Positions 63,974 through 64,000 of a stretch of DNA of 64,000 bases are shown here, piece after piece (positions within the stretch are counted from its first letter, which is position 1; each line of letters opens with the position of its first letter). The notes under the pieces were generated by a model. The model did not search any database and was not told the origin of the DNA. It saw only the letters and a list, made by a program, of their open reading frames with translations. A program made the position numbers and the translations under genes. Source of the DNA: Octopus sinensis (lineage: Eukaryota); NCBI RefSeq assembly GCF_006345805.1, contig NC_043012.1, positions 50,964,001 to 51,028,000 on the forward strand, written 5' to 3'.

Positions 63974-64000
63974 TATGTTAGGTAATAATGTACTAACAGT

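Overview
This is AT-rich, microsatellite-dense animal genomic DNA. The SINE, maT and Penelope repeat content suggests an octopus or related coleoid cephalopod (inference only). I could not confidently identify any host protein-coding gene, rRNA, tRNA or CRISPR array, and most long ORFs in the supplied track are translations of microsatellites. The window is a patchwork of mobile elements: mariner, Tc1 and maT fragments; one full-length decayed Tc1; Tx1/L1, CR1, R4/Dong, Penelope and Gypsy relics; and many tRNA-headed SINEs. The main discovery is a set of non-coding elements carrying type I hammerhead ribozymes (HHRs) with palindromic or near-palindromic helix III, inserted in (TA)n tracts and concentrated at 22.4-32.7 kb. 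These are a 480-bp tandem unit folded back on itself (22411-23596), a 730-bp element with a perfect 75-bp terminal inversion (29902-30631), a 543-bp unit with terminal redundancy (30791-31445), and several decayed HHRs. Three insertions share a head-to-head, 3'-ends-outward geometry. They look like retrozymes or non-autonomous Penelope-like elements. The second highlight is a 2.2-kb ORF1-only Tx1/L1-like element inserted with a 12-bp TSD into a SINE head (52019-54223).
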